Virus record (IMG/VR): IMGVR_UViG_3300038427_000461
Length of the DNA stretch: 60,965 bases
Reading direction: 5' to 3' (one strand)
DNA from: an uncultured virus (IMG/VR IMGVR_UViG_3300038427_000461)
Taxonomy: Duplodnaviria > Heunggongvirae > Uroviricota > Caudoviricetes
Positions 17,924 to 27,764 of the stretch are shown here, piece by piece. Position 1 is the stretch's first letter, and each line of letters starts with the position of its first letter. The notes beneath the pieces were generated by a model. It did no database searches, had not been told where the DNA came from, and was given only the letters and a program-made list of their open reading frames with translations. A program made the translations under genes and the position numbers.

Positions 17924-19654
17924 ATGAACGACGCCGCTCCCTTCGAGCCCATGACCCGCGAGTTCGTGATCGTCGTGTCCAAGCAGAGCGCCCTGGTGGC
18001 GGAGCTGGTGCGACTCGCCAAGCGCGCCAAGCGCATCGGCGCCCCCGCCATCACCTGGACCTTCGGTGCGGTCGAGCAGCGCGAGGTCCGCGTGCGCGTC
18101 GTGCGCGAGCAGGAGGCGGACGTCCTGCCGAGCGCCCTGACGCACCGCACGCGCACCGTCCCCTTCGTCCACATGACGCTGACCGGTGTGGCCCCGCGCA
18201 TCGCGGGCTGGGAGTTCGTGGCCACCGTGCAGCACGTGGACGAGGTCAACATCCTGCGCGCCTGCCCGCGCACCGAGGAGCTGCCGGTCCCCGAGGTCTA
18301 CCGGACCCGCGGGTCGGTGTGCGACCACTGCAAGCTTGACCGCGACCGGCGCGACACCTACCTCGTCGTCAACGGCGCGGGCGAGTGGAAGCAGATCGGG
18401 TCCTCCTGCCTGGTCGACTTCATGGGCCACGAGGACCCGCACACGATCGCCGAGTACGCCGAGATGCTCGCGTCCGCGCTCTCGCTCTGCGACGGCGCCG
18501 GCGACGACGAGGAGGGCGGCTTCGGCTTCGGTGGGGGCGGCAGCGGCCCGCGCGTCTTCTCGGTGCTCGAGTACCTGAAGTGCGTCGCCGCCGAGATCCG
18601 CGAGCAGGGCTGGGTCCCGCGGAAGGCGGCGGACCCCGAGCGCGGGGTGCACGCGACGGCGGACCGGGCGTGCGACCGGATGGACCCCGAGCGGCCGGTC
18701 AAGGTTCGGGATCGTTCCGTCACCGAGGCCGACACGGCCATCGCGACGGCGTCCTACGACTGGGCGCTCGCGCTCCACACGAGCGACGGCGACGAGCGCC
18801 TGAACGACTACCTCTGGAACCTCTACGCCGTGGCCAAGAGCGGCATCGTCGAGCGCCGGACCTTCGGGCTCGCCGCCTCGATGGTGGCCGCCTACACGAA
18901 GGCCGAGGTCCGCAAGCGCGAGCGCGCGGCCCGGAAGCCCAGCGAGTACGTCGGCGAGGTCGGCGAGCAGCGGACGTTCGTGCTCACGCTCGACCGGCAC
19001 TTCGCCTTCGAGGGCGGCTGGGGTCCGGTCAGTCGCTACCTCTTCCGCGACCGGGAGGACAACGTCGTGACCTGGAAGTCTTCCGGGCACGCCACCGTCG
19101 TCGGGCTCGACTCCCCGAACGACCGCATGGTGGAGGGCTCGACGTACATCGTCTGCGGCACGATCAAGAAGCACGACGACTACAAGGGCACCAAGCAGAC
19201 GGTCCTGACGCGGGCCGTGCCGCGCGTCTTCGACGAGGCGACGTTCGCCGCGATGCGGAGCGAGGAGATCCGCAAGGCGCTCAGCAAGAAGATCAAGGCG
19301 GGGTCGGCGACGGACGAGGAGCGGGGGACGTTCAAGGTACTCGACGCGGCGAAGCGCGCTGCCGCCAAGGCAGAGCGCGCGAAGGTCGCGCAGTTCATGG
19401 TCTTCGAGACGACGCTCACCCTCGTGCACTACCCGACGAGCCACATGGTGGTCGATGCGGGGCACGGCATCCATGTCGACTACGCCGAGAACAGGCACTG
19501 GGACGGTACGGAGTCCCCGTCGATCAACGTGCGCGTCGATGGTCGCTGGGAGGGGCAGTACGAGGGCAAGGACGCGCTCGACAAGGCTCGGAAGTTCGTG
19601 GCGGTGGAGCTTGCGAAGCTCGCGCAGGCGAGCGAGGTGAAGGTGGCATGTTGA
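17924..19654 (+). CDS. Conserved phage protein with a Zn motif and OB-fold-like region
   Basis: CDHC..RDTYLV..KQIGSSC; YVGEVGE..TIKKHDDYKGTKQTVLTR. Confidence 0.8.
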   Translation: MNDAAPFEPMTREFVIVVSKQSALVAELVRLAKRAKRIGAPAITWTFGAVEQREVRVRVVREQEADVLPSALTHRTRTVPFVHMTLTGVAPRIAGWEFVATVQHVDEVNILRACPRTEELPVPEVYRTRGSVCDHCKLDRDRRDTYLVVNGAGEWKQIGSSCLVDFMGHEDPHTIAEYAEMLASALSLCDGAGDDEEGGFGFGGGGSGPRVFSVLEYLKCVAAEIREQGWVPRKAADPERGVHATADRACDRMDPERPVKVRDRSVTEADTAIATASYDWALALHTSDGDERLNDYLWNLYAVAKSGIVERRTFGLAASMVAAYTKAEVRKRERAARKPSEYVGEVGEQRTFVLTLDRHFAFEGGWGPVSRYLFRDREDNVVTWKSSGHATVVGLDSPNDRMVEGSTYIVCGTIKKHDDYKGTKQTVLTRAVPRVFDEATFAAMRSEEIRKALSKKIKAGSATDEERGTFKVLDAAKRAAAKAERAKVAQFMVFETTLTLVHYPTSHMVVDAGHGIHVDYAENRHWDGTESPSINVRVDGRWEGQYEGKDALDKARKFVAVELAKLAQASEVKVAC

Positions 19655-20025
19655 ACTTCAGCGTTTCCGTTCCTGCAGTCGCCATCCGGAATCGGTTGGT
19701 GGCGGCGGGCTTCCATCTCGCCCCCGCTCCCCACGGCGAAGAGGTCTACGTGCGCGTGCACGACCGGGACGCCCGGTACAGCATCAAGGTCTACTCCGCC
19801 ATCGAGCGCGGAGCGACGGAAGTCCGTCTCGACTTGACCCACACCCTCGCCGTCCGCGCGCTCTTCGACGGCTCGAGGAAGTCCGAGACCCTCTTCGAGG
19901 TGATCTGGACGCACCGCACCGGCGGCGTCGAGGTCGTGCTCGACCGGATGGTGGAGCGGGCGCAGGAAGCGTACGCCGCGTGCAACAGTCACCGGAACGG
20001 GGGGAAGGTGGTCGCCAATGGCTAA
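19648..20025 (+). CDS. Hypothetical protein
   Basis: Overlapping start, typical codon use. Confidence 0.6.
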   Translation: MLNFSVSVPAVAIRNRLVAAGFHLAPAPHGEEVYVRVHDRDARYSIKVYSAIERGATEVRLDLTHTLAVRALFDGSRKSETLFEVIWTHRTGGVEVVLDRMVERAQEAYAACNSHRNGGKVVANG

Positions 20026-20680
20026 GCGATCGATGAACACCGACGATAGCGAGATCACGGAGGAGAAGGTCCTCGCCGCCTACGCGGCGGCCGGGGTCGA
20101 TCCGGACGACGACTCGGACGAGGCGCTGAGTAAGTTGGCTGGGGAGGAGATCGTCAACGGGATGACGCGGGCCGAGCGCGAATCGGTCGCGGAGTACGAG
20201 CGTTCGGGTCAGGCGGATCGGGACGCGAGCTATTGGGCAGCATTGGAACGCGAGGAGACACCGATGAACACCGTCACCGAGCGGCCGGAGCCGCTCAAGC
20301 ACACGTTCACGATCACCATCGAAGTCGACTCGTTCTGGGTCGAGTACCTCACGGGGTACGGCTCGGACATCTTCGGTCGGCAGTACGCCGGCTACTGGCT
20401 GCGCGGCGTCGACCGTCACCCCGAGCGGGAGTGGCTCTGCTGGGAAGACGACGAGCAGCACCGGAAGGGTGAGGAGCCCCACCGCGTCGAGGCGCTGCGG
20501 GCGTGGGCGCTCGGCGAGAAGCTCCCCGACGGCTGGTACCGCCTGGACCGCGCGGCCGCGCTCCGCGCCTGGGAGGAGGGCGTCAAGCGCTGGGGCACGA
20601 GCTGGTACGAGCATACGGACGCGAACCGCGAAGACGTCGTGGTGCAGCTCGCGCTCCTCGGCGAGATTCGGTACGGCTGA
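20018..20680 (+). CDS. Hypothetical protein
   Basis: ORF in coupled array. Confidence 0.65.
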   Translation: MAKRSMNTDDSEITEEKVLAAYAAAGVDPDDDSDEALSKLAGEEIVNGMTRAERESVAEYERSGQADRDASYWAALEREETPMNTVTERPEPLKHTFTITIEVDSFWVEYLTGYGSDIFGRQYAGYWLRGVDRHPEREWLCWEDDEQHRKGEEPHRVEALRAWALGEKLPDGWYRLDRAAALRAWEEGVKRWGTSWYEHTDANREDVVVQLALLGEIRYG

Positions 20681-20853
20681 TGGCCTGGCGCTACACGAGG
20701 GCCGGCAAGGAGATCAGCCGGCCGGACAGCGAGTATGGGCTGCACGTGGAGGGACCGCTCACCGCGGACGACTGGAAGGTCATCTTGCAGGACATCGCGG
20801 ACGAGATGGTCGAGCAGGCGAAGCGCGAGGCGAGGAAAGGAGACGGACCATGA
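20680..20853 (+). CDS. Hypothetical protein
   Basis: TGATG/ATGA overlaps. Confidence 0.5.
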   Translation: MAWRYTRAGKEISRPDSEYGLHVEGPLTADDWKVILQDIADEMVEQAKREARKGDGP

Positions 20854-21296
20854 AGAATCGAAAGTTTCGGGAGATCGCGCCGGCCGACATCGGCCGCATC
20901 GCACTTCGCGCATTCGATCACGTGTGGCCAACGGCGATGTTTCTGCCGCCCGGCCAGAAGATCGCGCGCGCCGACATCGGCAAGCGCGTCTACCTCGATC
21001 GCGGAGGCAAGACGCTTACGGTGGAGACCGACGCTGAGTACGTGGCGCGGCAAGCTCGCGTGTCCGAGGGGACGCGGGTGGCGGGGAAGCTGACCGCCAC
21101 CGAGCGGCGGGCGAAGCGGAAGTTCGTGCAGGCCGTCGAGCTGCTGATGCTCGACCTCGGCGCCGAGTCAGTCGGCCACATCGCCGACGACGTGGGCGAG
21201 CACGGGACCGACGGGGACGGTGGCACGGTCGAGGACGCCGTGGTCGTCGATTGCCTGCGCGTCATCGTCGATGCGATGGCGAGGAGTGGGCGATGA
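20850..21296 (+). CDS. Hypothetical protein with DIGKRVY domain
   Basis: AGGAG RBS; domain shared with the next gene. Confidence 0.65.
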   Translation: MKNRKFREIAPADIGRIALRAFDHVWPTAMFLPPGQKIARADIGKRVYLDRGGKTLTVETDAEYVARQARVSEGTRVAGKLTATERRAKRKFVQAVELLMLDLGAESVGHIADDVGEHGTDGDGGTVEDAVVVDCLRVIVDAMARSGR

Positions 21297-21850
21297 AGAC
21301 GGAGCTGACTCAAGAAGAGGAGGCGTGGTTGAGGGGTCAGGGGTGGGGGTGCTTCATGGGGACGTGGGCGCCGCCAGGGCCTGCGATGGGTGGGATGGGC
21401 GCCAGTACCTACAGCCCGACGGACGCCCTCAAGAGGGCGAGGAGCCAAGTCATGAGCAAGAGGGAGCGCGAGTACCGAGAGATCACGGTAGAAGACGTCG
21501 GGCGCAGCGTGTTCCCTGCGTTCGGTCGGCAGTGGCCGGTGAGCGACTTCATCGGTCGGATCTACAGCGTCGACATCGGCAAGCGGGTCTACCGGACGAG
21601 CGAGCACGTCGTCTCCGTGGAGAACGCCGAGCAGTTCATGGCGCGGCTGGCGGCCGAGGAGCGGAGCCAAGGTGGCTCCCATGCGGCCGGGCTCGCGAGG
21701 CTCGTCTGCAAGTTCCTGAGCGAGCTGCACGGGCCGAGCTTCGGCATCGACCTCGTGCGCCCGCCGAACCCGAAGCACGACCACGCTATCGCGGTGCTCT
21801 TCGCGGACGGCAAGGACGTGGTCGTGCGGTTCGAGAGCGGAGGCAAGTGA
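21293..21850 (+). CDS. Hypothetical protein with DIGKRVY domain
   Basis: GAGGAG RBS; paralogous domain. Confidence 0.65.
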   Translation: MKTELTQEEEAWLRGQGWGCFMGTWAPPGPAMGGMGASTYSPTDALKRARSQVMSKREREYREITVEDVGRSVFPAFGRQWPVSDFIGRIYSVDIGKRVYRTSEHVVSVENAEQFMARLAAEERSQGGSHAAGLARLVCKFLSELHGPSFGIDLVRPPNPKHDHAIAVLFADGKDVVVRFESGGK

Positions 21851-22020
21851 TGGTCTACGTGGGCGTGTGCCCGTACTGCAAATTGAAAGTCCGGTATGAC
21901 AGCGACGCTCGGACCCTCGAGCACGAGGTTCCGGTGTGCGGCGAGTTCGTGGCGCGCATCGCGAAGGATTTTCCGAGAGCGCACGCGGAGTGGGTTGCCG
22001 AACAAGCAGGAGGCAAGTGA
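21850..22020 (+). CDS. Small CxxC protein
   Basis: GGAGG RBS; TGATG overlaps. Confidence 0.55.
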   Translation: MVYVGVCPYCKLKVRYDSDARTLEHEVPVCGEFVARIAKDFPRAHAEWVAEQAGGK

Positions 22021-22238
22021 TGGGAGCCGACAAGGTCCAATTCAAGGGTGCGCCGTTCCGGCTCAGTGGTGTGGAGATCCGTGGCTGCGAGCCGGAGGTC
22101 ATGAAGAGGTTCGGCTGGCCCTGGCCGTGGCCGCTCGAGGTGCGAATCGGGAAGCGGGTCATCGCCGTCTGCCTCGATTACAGCGCCGCACTGGCTGCGG
22201 TTCGCGACTGGAATCAAAGCAAACAGGGAGGCGTGTGA
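22020..22238 (+). CDS. Hypothetical protein
   Basis: GGAGG RBS; TGATG overlaps. Confidence 0.55.
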   Translation: MGADKVQFKGAPFRLSGVEIRGCEPEVMKRFGWPWPWPLEVRIGKRVIAVCLDYSAALAAVRDWNQSKQGGV

Positions 22239-22981
22239 TGGCGGTCGAAGCGAAGCGTGGGTGCGGTTACCGTCGGGTCGGCGGTCTCTATCTCGTCGGC
22301 GGCGGTCTCTCCGCCCCGTGCGACCGGATGCCGTACCCACTCGAGCGGTGCCGGACATGCGGCAGCGGGATCAAGTTCACGCGCGGACCGCAGTGGCTGC
22401 AGCCGGACTTCTTCCCGGTGCACGAGGGCTGCCACGACGAGAGCCCGTGCCCGGTCTGCGTGAACGGTGGGCCGGACGAGTCGACGTCGGCGTCGGCGGA
22501 CGATCTCTTCGGACCGCACCTCCTGCTCTGGATCGGTCGCGCGCACTACACACCCGAGGAGTACCTCGCCGAGTCGCACTCGCTCGGGGTGAGTCGGCGG
22601 ATCTCGGCGATGCCGAAGGGTCTCGTCCTGGGCGAGACGTGGGTGCTTCTCGCGCACCTCGACGCGGTGCCGCCGGAGGACCCGACGGCGTGTGCCGAGT
22701 GTGCTCGGAAACGAGCCGATCATCCGGGGGGCGGGTTGACGGCGCAAGCGTGCGGCTCGTTCAAGGAGCCGGTGGCGAGTCCCGGCATCTTCTGCGCCTT
22801 CATCCCGCGCGCGGTCGAGCTGATCCTGAAGGAGAGCGACGCGACGGCCGAGCGCCGCGAGAAGGAAGCGAAGCGCGGGGTGACGGTCGTCGCGGTCCCC
22901 GACGGCGACCGAGACCACCAGGGCAGCGTGTGGGACAAGGACGAGGATTCGCAGCCGGAGCTGCCGGGGGTGTCTCCGTGA
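22238..22981 (+). CDS. Cys-rich phage protein
   Basis: KRGCGYRRVGGLYL; several CxxC motifs. Confidence 0.7.
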   Translation: MAVEAKRGCGYRRVGGLYLVGGGLSAPCDRMPYPLERCRTCGSGIKFTRGPQWLQPDFFPVHEGCHDESPCPVCVNGGPDESTSASADDLFGPHLLLWIGRAHYTPEEYLAESHSLGVSRRISAMPKGLVLGETWVLLAHLDAVPPEDPTACAECARKRADHPGGGLTAQACGSFKEPVASPGIFCAFIPRAVELILKESDATAERREKEAKRGVTVVAVPDGDRDHQGSVWDKDEDSQPELPGVSP

Positions 22982-23259
22982 GAGAGAAGACGGGTTGGCA
23001 GCAGCAGTTGAGTTCAGCGGCTAGCTACAAGTTTCTCAAGTGCGTGGAGGCGCTCGCCGATTTACGTGGAGAGTTCAAGCGCGAAGGAGGGGGTGACATC
23101 TTGAACGCCATCCGCACATATATGGTCGGTGCCGTGGTCTTCATCAAGAACCTAGACGTGAGCGACGTCGAGTTCAGAGATCTCCTTCACGGATTGCTTG
23201 ATATGGCCATCGACGAATACCAGCACAACGGTCGGATTTACGACAAGGAGACGTCGTGA
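22978..23259 (+). CDS. Hypothetical protein
   Basis: GTGA overlaps; lower GC. Confidence 0.55.
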   Translation: MREKTGWQQQLSSAASYKFLKCVEALADLRGEFKREGGGDILNAIRTYMVGAVVFIKNLDVSDVEFRDLLHGLLDMAIDEYQHNGRIYDKETS

Positions 23260-23966
23260 GAGACCGCAAGCCGATCGCCGTCGAGAAGGTCCGCTCGGGC
23301 GGCGCCGAGGTGGAGGTCTTCTACGACTTTCGCCAACGCGACTTCTTCTTCGAGGAGCCGGGGACGCGCGACCGCGTGCACGCCGAGACGTTCGTCGAGG
23401 TCCGGCGCCGGCTGGACGAGGTCTACGAGAAGGCGGAGCCGCTCCGCTGGGAGCCCGTGATCCTGGTCACGCTGCACGCCGCCTACGACGACCAGGACCA
23501 CTCGGTCCGCAGTAAATCGATCGAGGGTGCGTCAGTCAACCTCACGTTCCGCCGCTGCGAGCTGTCACCCCGACCGGACCGCGCCGAGGTCGTGGCGCGC
23601 GTCACCCGCGAGCGCGAGCGGGACCGTCGATCCGACCGGGGCCCGATCGAGCGCGAGGGCTACCTCGAGCGCGAGCACGCGCTCGACTTCGAGGCGCGCG
23701 GCCCGAGCGAGTACGACCGGGAGGTCCGCGCGAAGACGCTCGACCGGCCGTCGACCTACTCGAACGACGCGGACGACGTCGAACTCCCCTACGACGAGGC
23801 TACCTGGCGCGGCCTCTGCGCGCTGAAAGTCGCGATCGACGAGCTGCACGGGAAGGTCGAGGCGCTGATTGACCGGGCCGACTTCCGGGACCAGTTGCGG
23901 CGCTTCGCGCTGGGGGCGTCGACCCCGCTGCTCGGTGATGGCTCGGACCATTCGGAGGCACCATGA
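23256..23966 (+). CDS. Hypothetical protein
   Basis: AAGGAG RBS. Confidence 0.7.
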   Translation: MRDRKPIAVEKVRSGGAEVEVFYDFRQRDFFFEEPGTRDRVHAETFVEVRRRLDEVYEKAEPLRWEPVILVTLHAAYDDQDHSVRSKSIEGASVNLTFRRCELSPRPDRAEVVARVTRERERDRRSDRGPIEREGYLEREHALDFEARGPSEYDREVRAKTLDRPSTYSNDADDVELPYDEATWRGLCALKVAIDELHGKVEALIDRADFRDQLRRFALGASTPLLGDGSDHSEAP

Positions 23967-24175
23967 TCGTCTTTCAAGAAACGATGGACTCGCACTCGCT
24001 CGACGTCGTGCGTGACCCGGACCCGGGCAACCCACACGACTTCAACCGCAAGATCGCGATGCTCCAGTGGCATCCGGACCGTCAGCCACGGATGGTCCCG
24101 GTGCACGACCACTCCAGCTTCACGCTGGCCGAGATGGAGGAGATGACGGCGAAGCTCAAGGAAGTGTCGCGGTGA
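23963..24175 (+). CDS. Hypothetical protein
   Basis: GGAGG RBS; ATGA overlap. Confidence 0.6.
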   Translation: MIVFQETMDSHSLDVVRDPDPGNPHDFNRKIAMLQWHPDRQPRMVPVHDHSSFTLAEMEEMTAKLKEVSR

Positions 24176-24450
24176 GCAGTACGAACTGCGAACGCTGCGG
24201 CGCGCTGCCGCCGCCCATCACGGAGGGCCCCTGGAAGGGGAGCCGGCACGAGCTGCGGTACTGCGCCTACTGCTCGAAAGACCTCTGCGACAAGTGCCTG
24301 AAGGATGACGCCTGCCGCGAGACGCCGGAGAACGACGGCCGGCACCGCGTTGAGGTCGACTGCCCGACGTGCGAGGGAGCAACGTGCGAGGCGTGTGACG
24401 GCACCGGTACGGTGGTCGCACTCGTCGGTGGAGAGCAACCGAAGCCATGA
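24172..24450 (+). CDS. Cys-rich Zn-finger protein
   Basis: Multiple CxxC motifs. Confidence 0.6.
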   Translation: MSSTNCERCGALPPPITEGPWKGSRHELRYCAYCSKDLCDKCLKDDACRETPENDGRHRVEVDCPTCEGATCEACDGTGTVVALVGGEQPKP

Positions 24451-24758
24451 GCAACCACTACTTGGTCGTGGACGACGCGCGGCGCGTCTACTTCGACTGC
24501 GAGAAGTTCCTGCCGCTCGGTCCCGACGGTACGGATACGCTGCGCGAGCAACCGTTCGAGTCGTGGCTGATCGCCATCAATTGGGGTGACGACCCACCGG
24601 AGAAGACCGATCGCTATCGGCTCGCGCTGCCCGAGGGGCGCGCGCTCTACGACTTCCTCGCGGCGAGCGGCTGGAAGGTGCGCATCGTCAGTCTCGATGA
24701 CGACGACTTCGACGTGATCGAGGAGGAGTACGAGTGCTCGGGGACGGTGTGGCCATGA
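24447..24758 (+). CDS. Hypothetical protein
   Basis: ATGA overlaps. Confidence 0.6.
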   Translation: MSNHYLVVDDARRVYFDCEKFLPLGPDGTDTLREQPFESWLIAINWGDDPPEKTDRYRLALPEGRALYDFLAASGWKVRIVSLDDDDFDVIEEEYECSGTVWP

Positions 24759-24982
24759 GCGGCGAGTACAGTGTCCCCTGCCAGCGCTGCACGAAGCGCA
24801 ACGCCGTGCAGCGGAAGATCAATTCGGTTCGGTCCGTACTGGACGGTCTGGCATGTCGAGTGTTCGCCGCCGCGACTGGGCGCCCCGCTGAAGACGTCCG
24901 TCTCTGCGGGTCGTGCCTGCGGACCGTGGACAACCTGGCCTTCTCGGTGGAGAAGGCGAAGTCAAGAAGGAGTCGACCATGA
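24755..24982 (+). CDS. Small CxxC-pair protein
   Basis: CQRC..CGSC. Confidence 0.5.
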   Translation: MSGEYSVPCQRCTKRNAVQRKINSVRSVLDGLACRVFAAATGRPAEDVRLCGSCLRTVDNLAFSVEKAKSRRSRP

Positions 24983-25380
24983 AGAAGCTGAGTCGAGAGC
25001 AGATGAAGGAATACGCCGACCTGAACGCCAGGCTGCACGACGCCTACGCGCGGCTCGACGCCCCGATCGCGCGGTTCAACGAGGCGGTCGCGAAGGCGTA
25101 CGCCGAGCTGCAGCTCCAGCCGGAGGTCGTCCACCTCAACGAGACGGTCGAGGCGGTCAACAGCTTCATCGAGACTGTCCACGCGGACCAGCAGGATTAT
25201 TACGATGAGCGGAGCGAGGGATGGCAGGACGGCGACGCCGGCTCGACCTACGACGACTGGATGAGCGCGTGGGAGCTGGAGGTCGGGGAGGTCGAGTTCG
25301 AGGAGCCGGTCCCGATGGAGCCGCCCTACTTCGAGGGCCTCGAGCTGTTCGAGGCGATCGACACGGAGGTCTCCTCGTGA
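24979..25380 (+). CDS. Acidic helical hypothetical protein
   Basis: AAGGAG RBS. Confidence 0.7.
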   Translation: MKKLSREQMKEYADLNARLHDAYARLDAPIARFNEAVAKAYAELQLQPEVVHLNETVEAVNSFIETVHADQQDYYDERSEGWQDGDAGSTYDDWMSAWELEVGEVEFEEPVPMEPPYFEGLELFEAIDTEVSS

Positions 25381-25417
25381 GCTTCACCGGCTTACCAGAA
25401 CGACAAGCATCGAGTGA

Positions 25418-25445
25418 TTGACAACGGTTGACAACGTGGTACAGT
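25418..25445 (+). promoter_or_regulatory. Promoter with a TTGACAACG direct repeat (candidate operator)
   Basis: TTGACA-16-TACAGT with TGn; TTGACAACG at 25418 and 25428. Confidence 0.65.
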
Positions 25446-25456
25446 AGGAGTCATCA

Positions 25457-25642
25457 ATGGCTGACAAGCAAGAGCAGCAGGTCCAGACGGCGCTCCGGTT
25501 GGGCGAATCGGTACTGGAGCGTGCAGACAAGCTAGCGGAGCGAATATCTCAACCAGGCTTGCGCCTGACGCGGGCCGACCTGTTGCGAATGGCGGTCCAC
25601 CGGGGGCTCGACCAGATCGAAGCGGAGAACAAGAAGCGATGA
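25457..25642 (+). CDS. Ribbon-helix-helix regulator
   Basis: TALRLGESVLERADKLA..TRADLLRMAVHRGL; AGGAG RBS. Confidence 0.75.
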   Translation: MADKQEQQVQTALRLGESVLERADKLAERISQPGLRLTRADLLRMAVHRGLDQIEAENKKR

Positions 25643-26037
25643 ACTGCCTGTACTGCGGAACCACCGAGGATCTCGAGACGGAGCACCTCGTCCCGAGCGC
25701 GCGCGGCGGGCTCGACATCAACGGCAACGTCTTCCGAGCTTGCTCAAAGTGCAACCTGGAGAAGAGCGACCGGTTACCGAGCGAGTGGCGGAGCGACCTG
25801 TCGCCGGCGGTCTACGAGCTGGAGAGGGTCGCGCTCTCGCTCCACCCCTCGGTCACGGCGAGGAAGAGCAAGCTCGGGAACAATTTCGTACCGAAGACCG
25901 AGAACATCAACGTGCGGTGCACCAGCGAGCAGAAGGCGAGGATCGAGGCTCTCGCGGAGCGCAACGGTCTCGGCGCGAGCACCTGGCTGCTCCAGCTCGG
26001 ACTGATCGCCGCACGTGAGAAAGGAATCCGTCCATGA
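25639..26037 (+). CDS. HNH endonuclease with C-terminal RHH domain
   Basis: CLYCG..EHLVPSARGG..N..ACSKCNLEK; INVRCTSEQKARIEALA. Confidence 0.85.
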   Translation: MNCLYCGTTEDLETEHLVPSARGGLDINGNVFRACSKCNLEKSDRLPSEWRSDLSPAVYELERVALSLHPSVTARKSKLGNNFVPKTENINVRCTSEQKARIEALAERNGLGASTWLLQLGLIAAREKGIRP

Positions 26038-26663
26038 GCCGCCGTCGCGCCGAGCTGCCCAAGGTCTCGCACCTGCACCTCCGGAAGCTCCAGATCTTGA
26101 ACGAGACCGGATACGACGGGCGAGCCATCCGCTCGCTCTTCGTGCGCTGCCTGCGCTTCTACGGGATGCGGGTCCGTGGAGCGGTGCGCATCGTCTACTC
26201 GTCGGTCAGCCAGCACCACGGCTGCGCGGCGATCGGGGAGAGCGAGAAGTGGGCGGGGCTCAACATGGTCCTCTCACTCCCGCGCGACCCGTCCGAGTTC
26301 AAGGTGGACCAGTTCGCCCGCGTGGTGCGTCACGAGGTCCTGCACTGGCGCGGGGCTAGGCACCCCGACATGACGCCGGACATCCTGTACTGCCGGGGCC
26401 CCGCGCCGAGCTGGGCGGCCGGCATCACGATCCTGCACGCCGCTGCTGGCCATCCGGCTGTCGCTGATCCGGATGCAGCGCGCTACCGGAAGCTCGCACA
26501 CGCGCGTACGATGCTCAAGCGGGCCGAGACGCGGGCGAGGCGCGCGGAGACGATCGTGAAGCGGTGGCAGCGCCGGGTGAAGGCCGCCGAGCGGGCGGCC
26601 GCGCGAGCGCTCGAGGCGGCGGCGCCGACGGTGGACGTCGCCGCAGACAAGGGGGGTAGCTAG
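26034..26663 (+). CDS. Putative HExxH (SprT-like) metalloprotein
   Basis: VVRHEVLHWRG..H. Confidence 0.65.
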   Translation: MSRRRAELPKVSHLHLRKLQILNETGYDGRAIRSLFVRCLRFYGMRVRGAVRIVYSSVSQHHGCAAIGESEKWAGLNMVLSLPRDPSEFKVDQFARVVRHEVLHWRGARHPDMTPDILYCRGPAPSWAAGITILHAAAGHPAVADPDAARYRKLAHARTMLKRAETRARRAETIVKRWQRRVKAAERAAARALEAAAPTVDVAADKGGS

Positions 26664-26906
26664 ATGGCTGGGAAGATGCCGCAGAGGAAGCCGTGGTTCC
26701 CGCACTCTCCGGATCGGGAGCACCTTGCGGCGGTCCTGAACGTCCTGGTGACCGCGATGGGTCTCCACGGGTTCGCCGGGTGGACGGACGTCGTCAAGGA
26801 CTACCTGGACGGCAAGTCAGTCTTGGCTCGCATCGGTCTGCACGGGGTGCGGCACTTTGACGCCATGACGTACGCGTGCGGCATGAAGCCGCCGGAGCCG
26901 TCGTGA
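26664..26906 (+). CDS. Hypothetical protein
   Basis: Abuts the upstream stop. Confidence 0.5.
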   Translation: MAGKMPQRKPWFPHSPDREHLAAVLNVLVTAMGLHGFAGWTDVVKDYLDGKSVLARIGLHGVRHFDAMTYACGMKPPEPS

Positions 26907-27181
26907 AGTCCGTTCCGTCCGCCGAAGTGATCGCGCTCTTGAAGCAGGCGCGCTCGGCGATCTTGTTCGAAGACGAGGAAAACGCTCCGGCCAACGACGA
27001 GCGAGCCGTCCTGGCGATCGACGCGTACCTCGCGGCGTATGGCGTGAACCCTGGACCGTGCGGGAGGTGCAGGGGGAGCGGTCGAGTGACGGTTCCAAAC
27101 ATCCTGCGAGACATGGGTGGCCCTTGCTCTGCGATGATCAAAATACCATGTCCGGTTTGCAGACCGCAGGAGGACCCGTGA
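26903..27181 (+). CDS. Hypothetical protein with DnaJ-type CxxCxGxG motif
   Basis: CGRCRGSG..CPVC. Confidence 0.5.
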   Translation: MKSVPSAEVIALLKQARSAILFEDEENAPANDERAVLAIDAYLAAYGVNPGPCGRCRGSGRVTVPNILRDMGGPCSAMIKIPCPVCRPQEDP

Positions 27182-27558
27182 AGTCCACATCGACCGACGC
27201 GAAGGTCGTGACCGCGTTCGGGCGGTTCGCGGCGAGCGGGTACAAGCGGGCCCTCTTCACGAAGGAGCTGTACCAGGCCCTCTCGCGGGCGTTCGGGTTC
27301 ATCGCGCACTTCGACCGCGACGGGTTCTACAATGCGCGGTTCGGCGACCCGGAGGCGCGGGTGGAGACGCTCGCGATCATAGTCGAGGAGGAGCCGCAGA
27401 CGCTGAACCATGTCGAGCAGATGCTGCGGACGATGGTGACCGCCCGTGGCCTCCTTGACGCAGCGAAGAAGGAGCTGGCGGCCGAGACGGAGACGCGGGA
27501 GCGCGCGGAGCTGGTGCGGCTCAAGGCGAAGTACGAGCCGAACCAGGAGACACCATGA
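27178..27558 (+). CDS. Hypothetical protein
   Basis: GGAGG RBS; overlaps. Confidence 0.65.
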   Translation: MKSTSTDAKVVTAFGRFAASGYKRALFTKELYQALSRAFGFIAHFDRDGFYNARFGDPEARVETLAIIVEEEPQTLNHVEQMLRTMVTARGLLDAAKKELAAETETRERAELVRLKAKYEPNQETP

Positions 27559-27764
27559 AGACGGTCAAGCTCGGCGACATGCTCACCGACGCGCAGCTCG
27601 ATCGCTGCCGCGCGCTCTACCCCGACCGAAAGCGCATCCGCGATGAGGTCATCAAGCCCGACATGGAGGCGATCAACCGCAGGCTCGGCCAGGAGAACGA
27701 TGCCGACTACCTGAGCTTCGCGATCGTCCACGCCATCGGCAGCTCCGGGAGTGCGCCGTCATGA
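27555..27764 (+). CDS. Hypothetical protein
   Basis: AGGAG RBS; ATGA overlaps. Confidence 0.65.
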   Translation: MKTVKLGDMLTDAQLDRCRALYPDRKRIRDEVIKPDMEAINRRLGQENDADYLSFAIVHAIGSSGSAPS

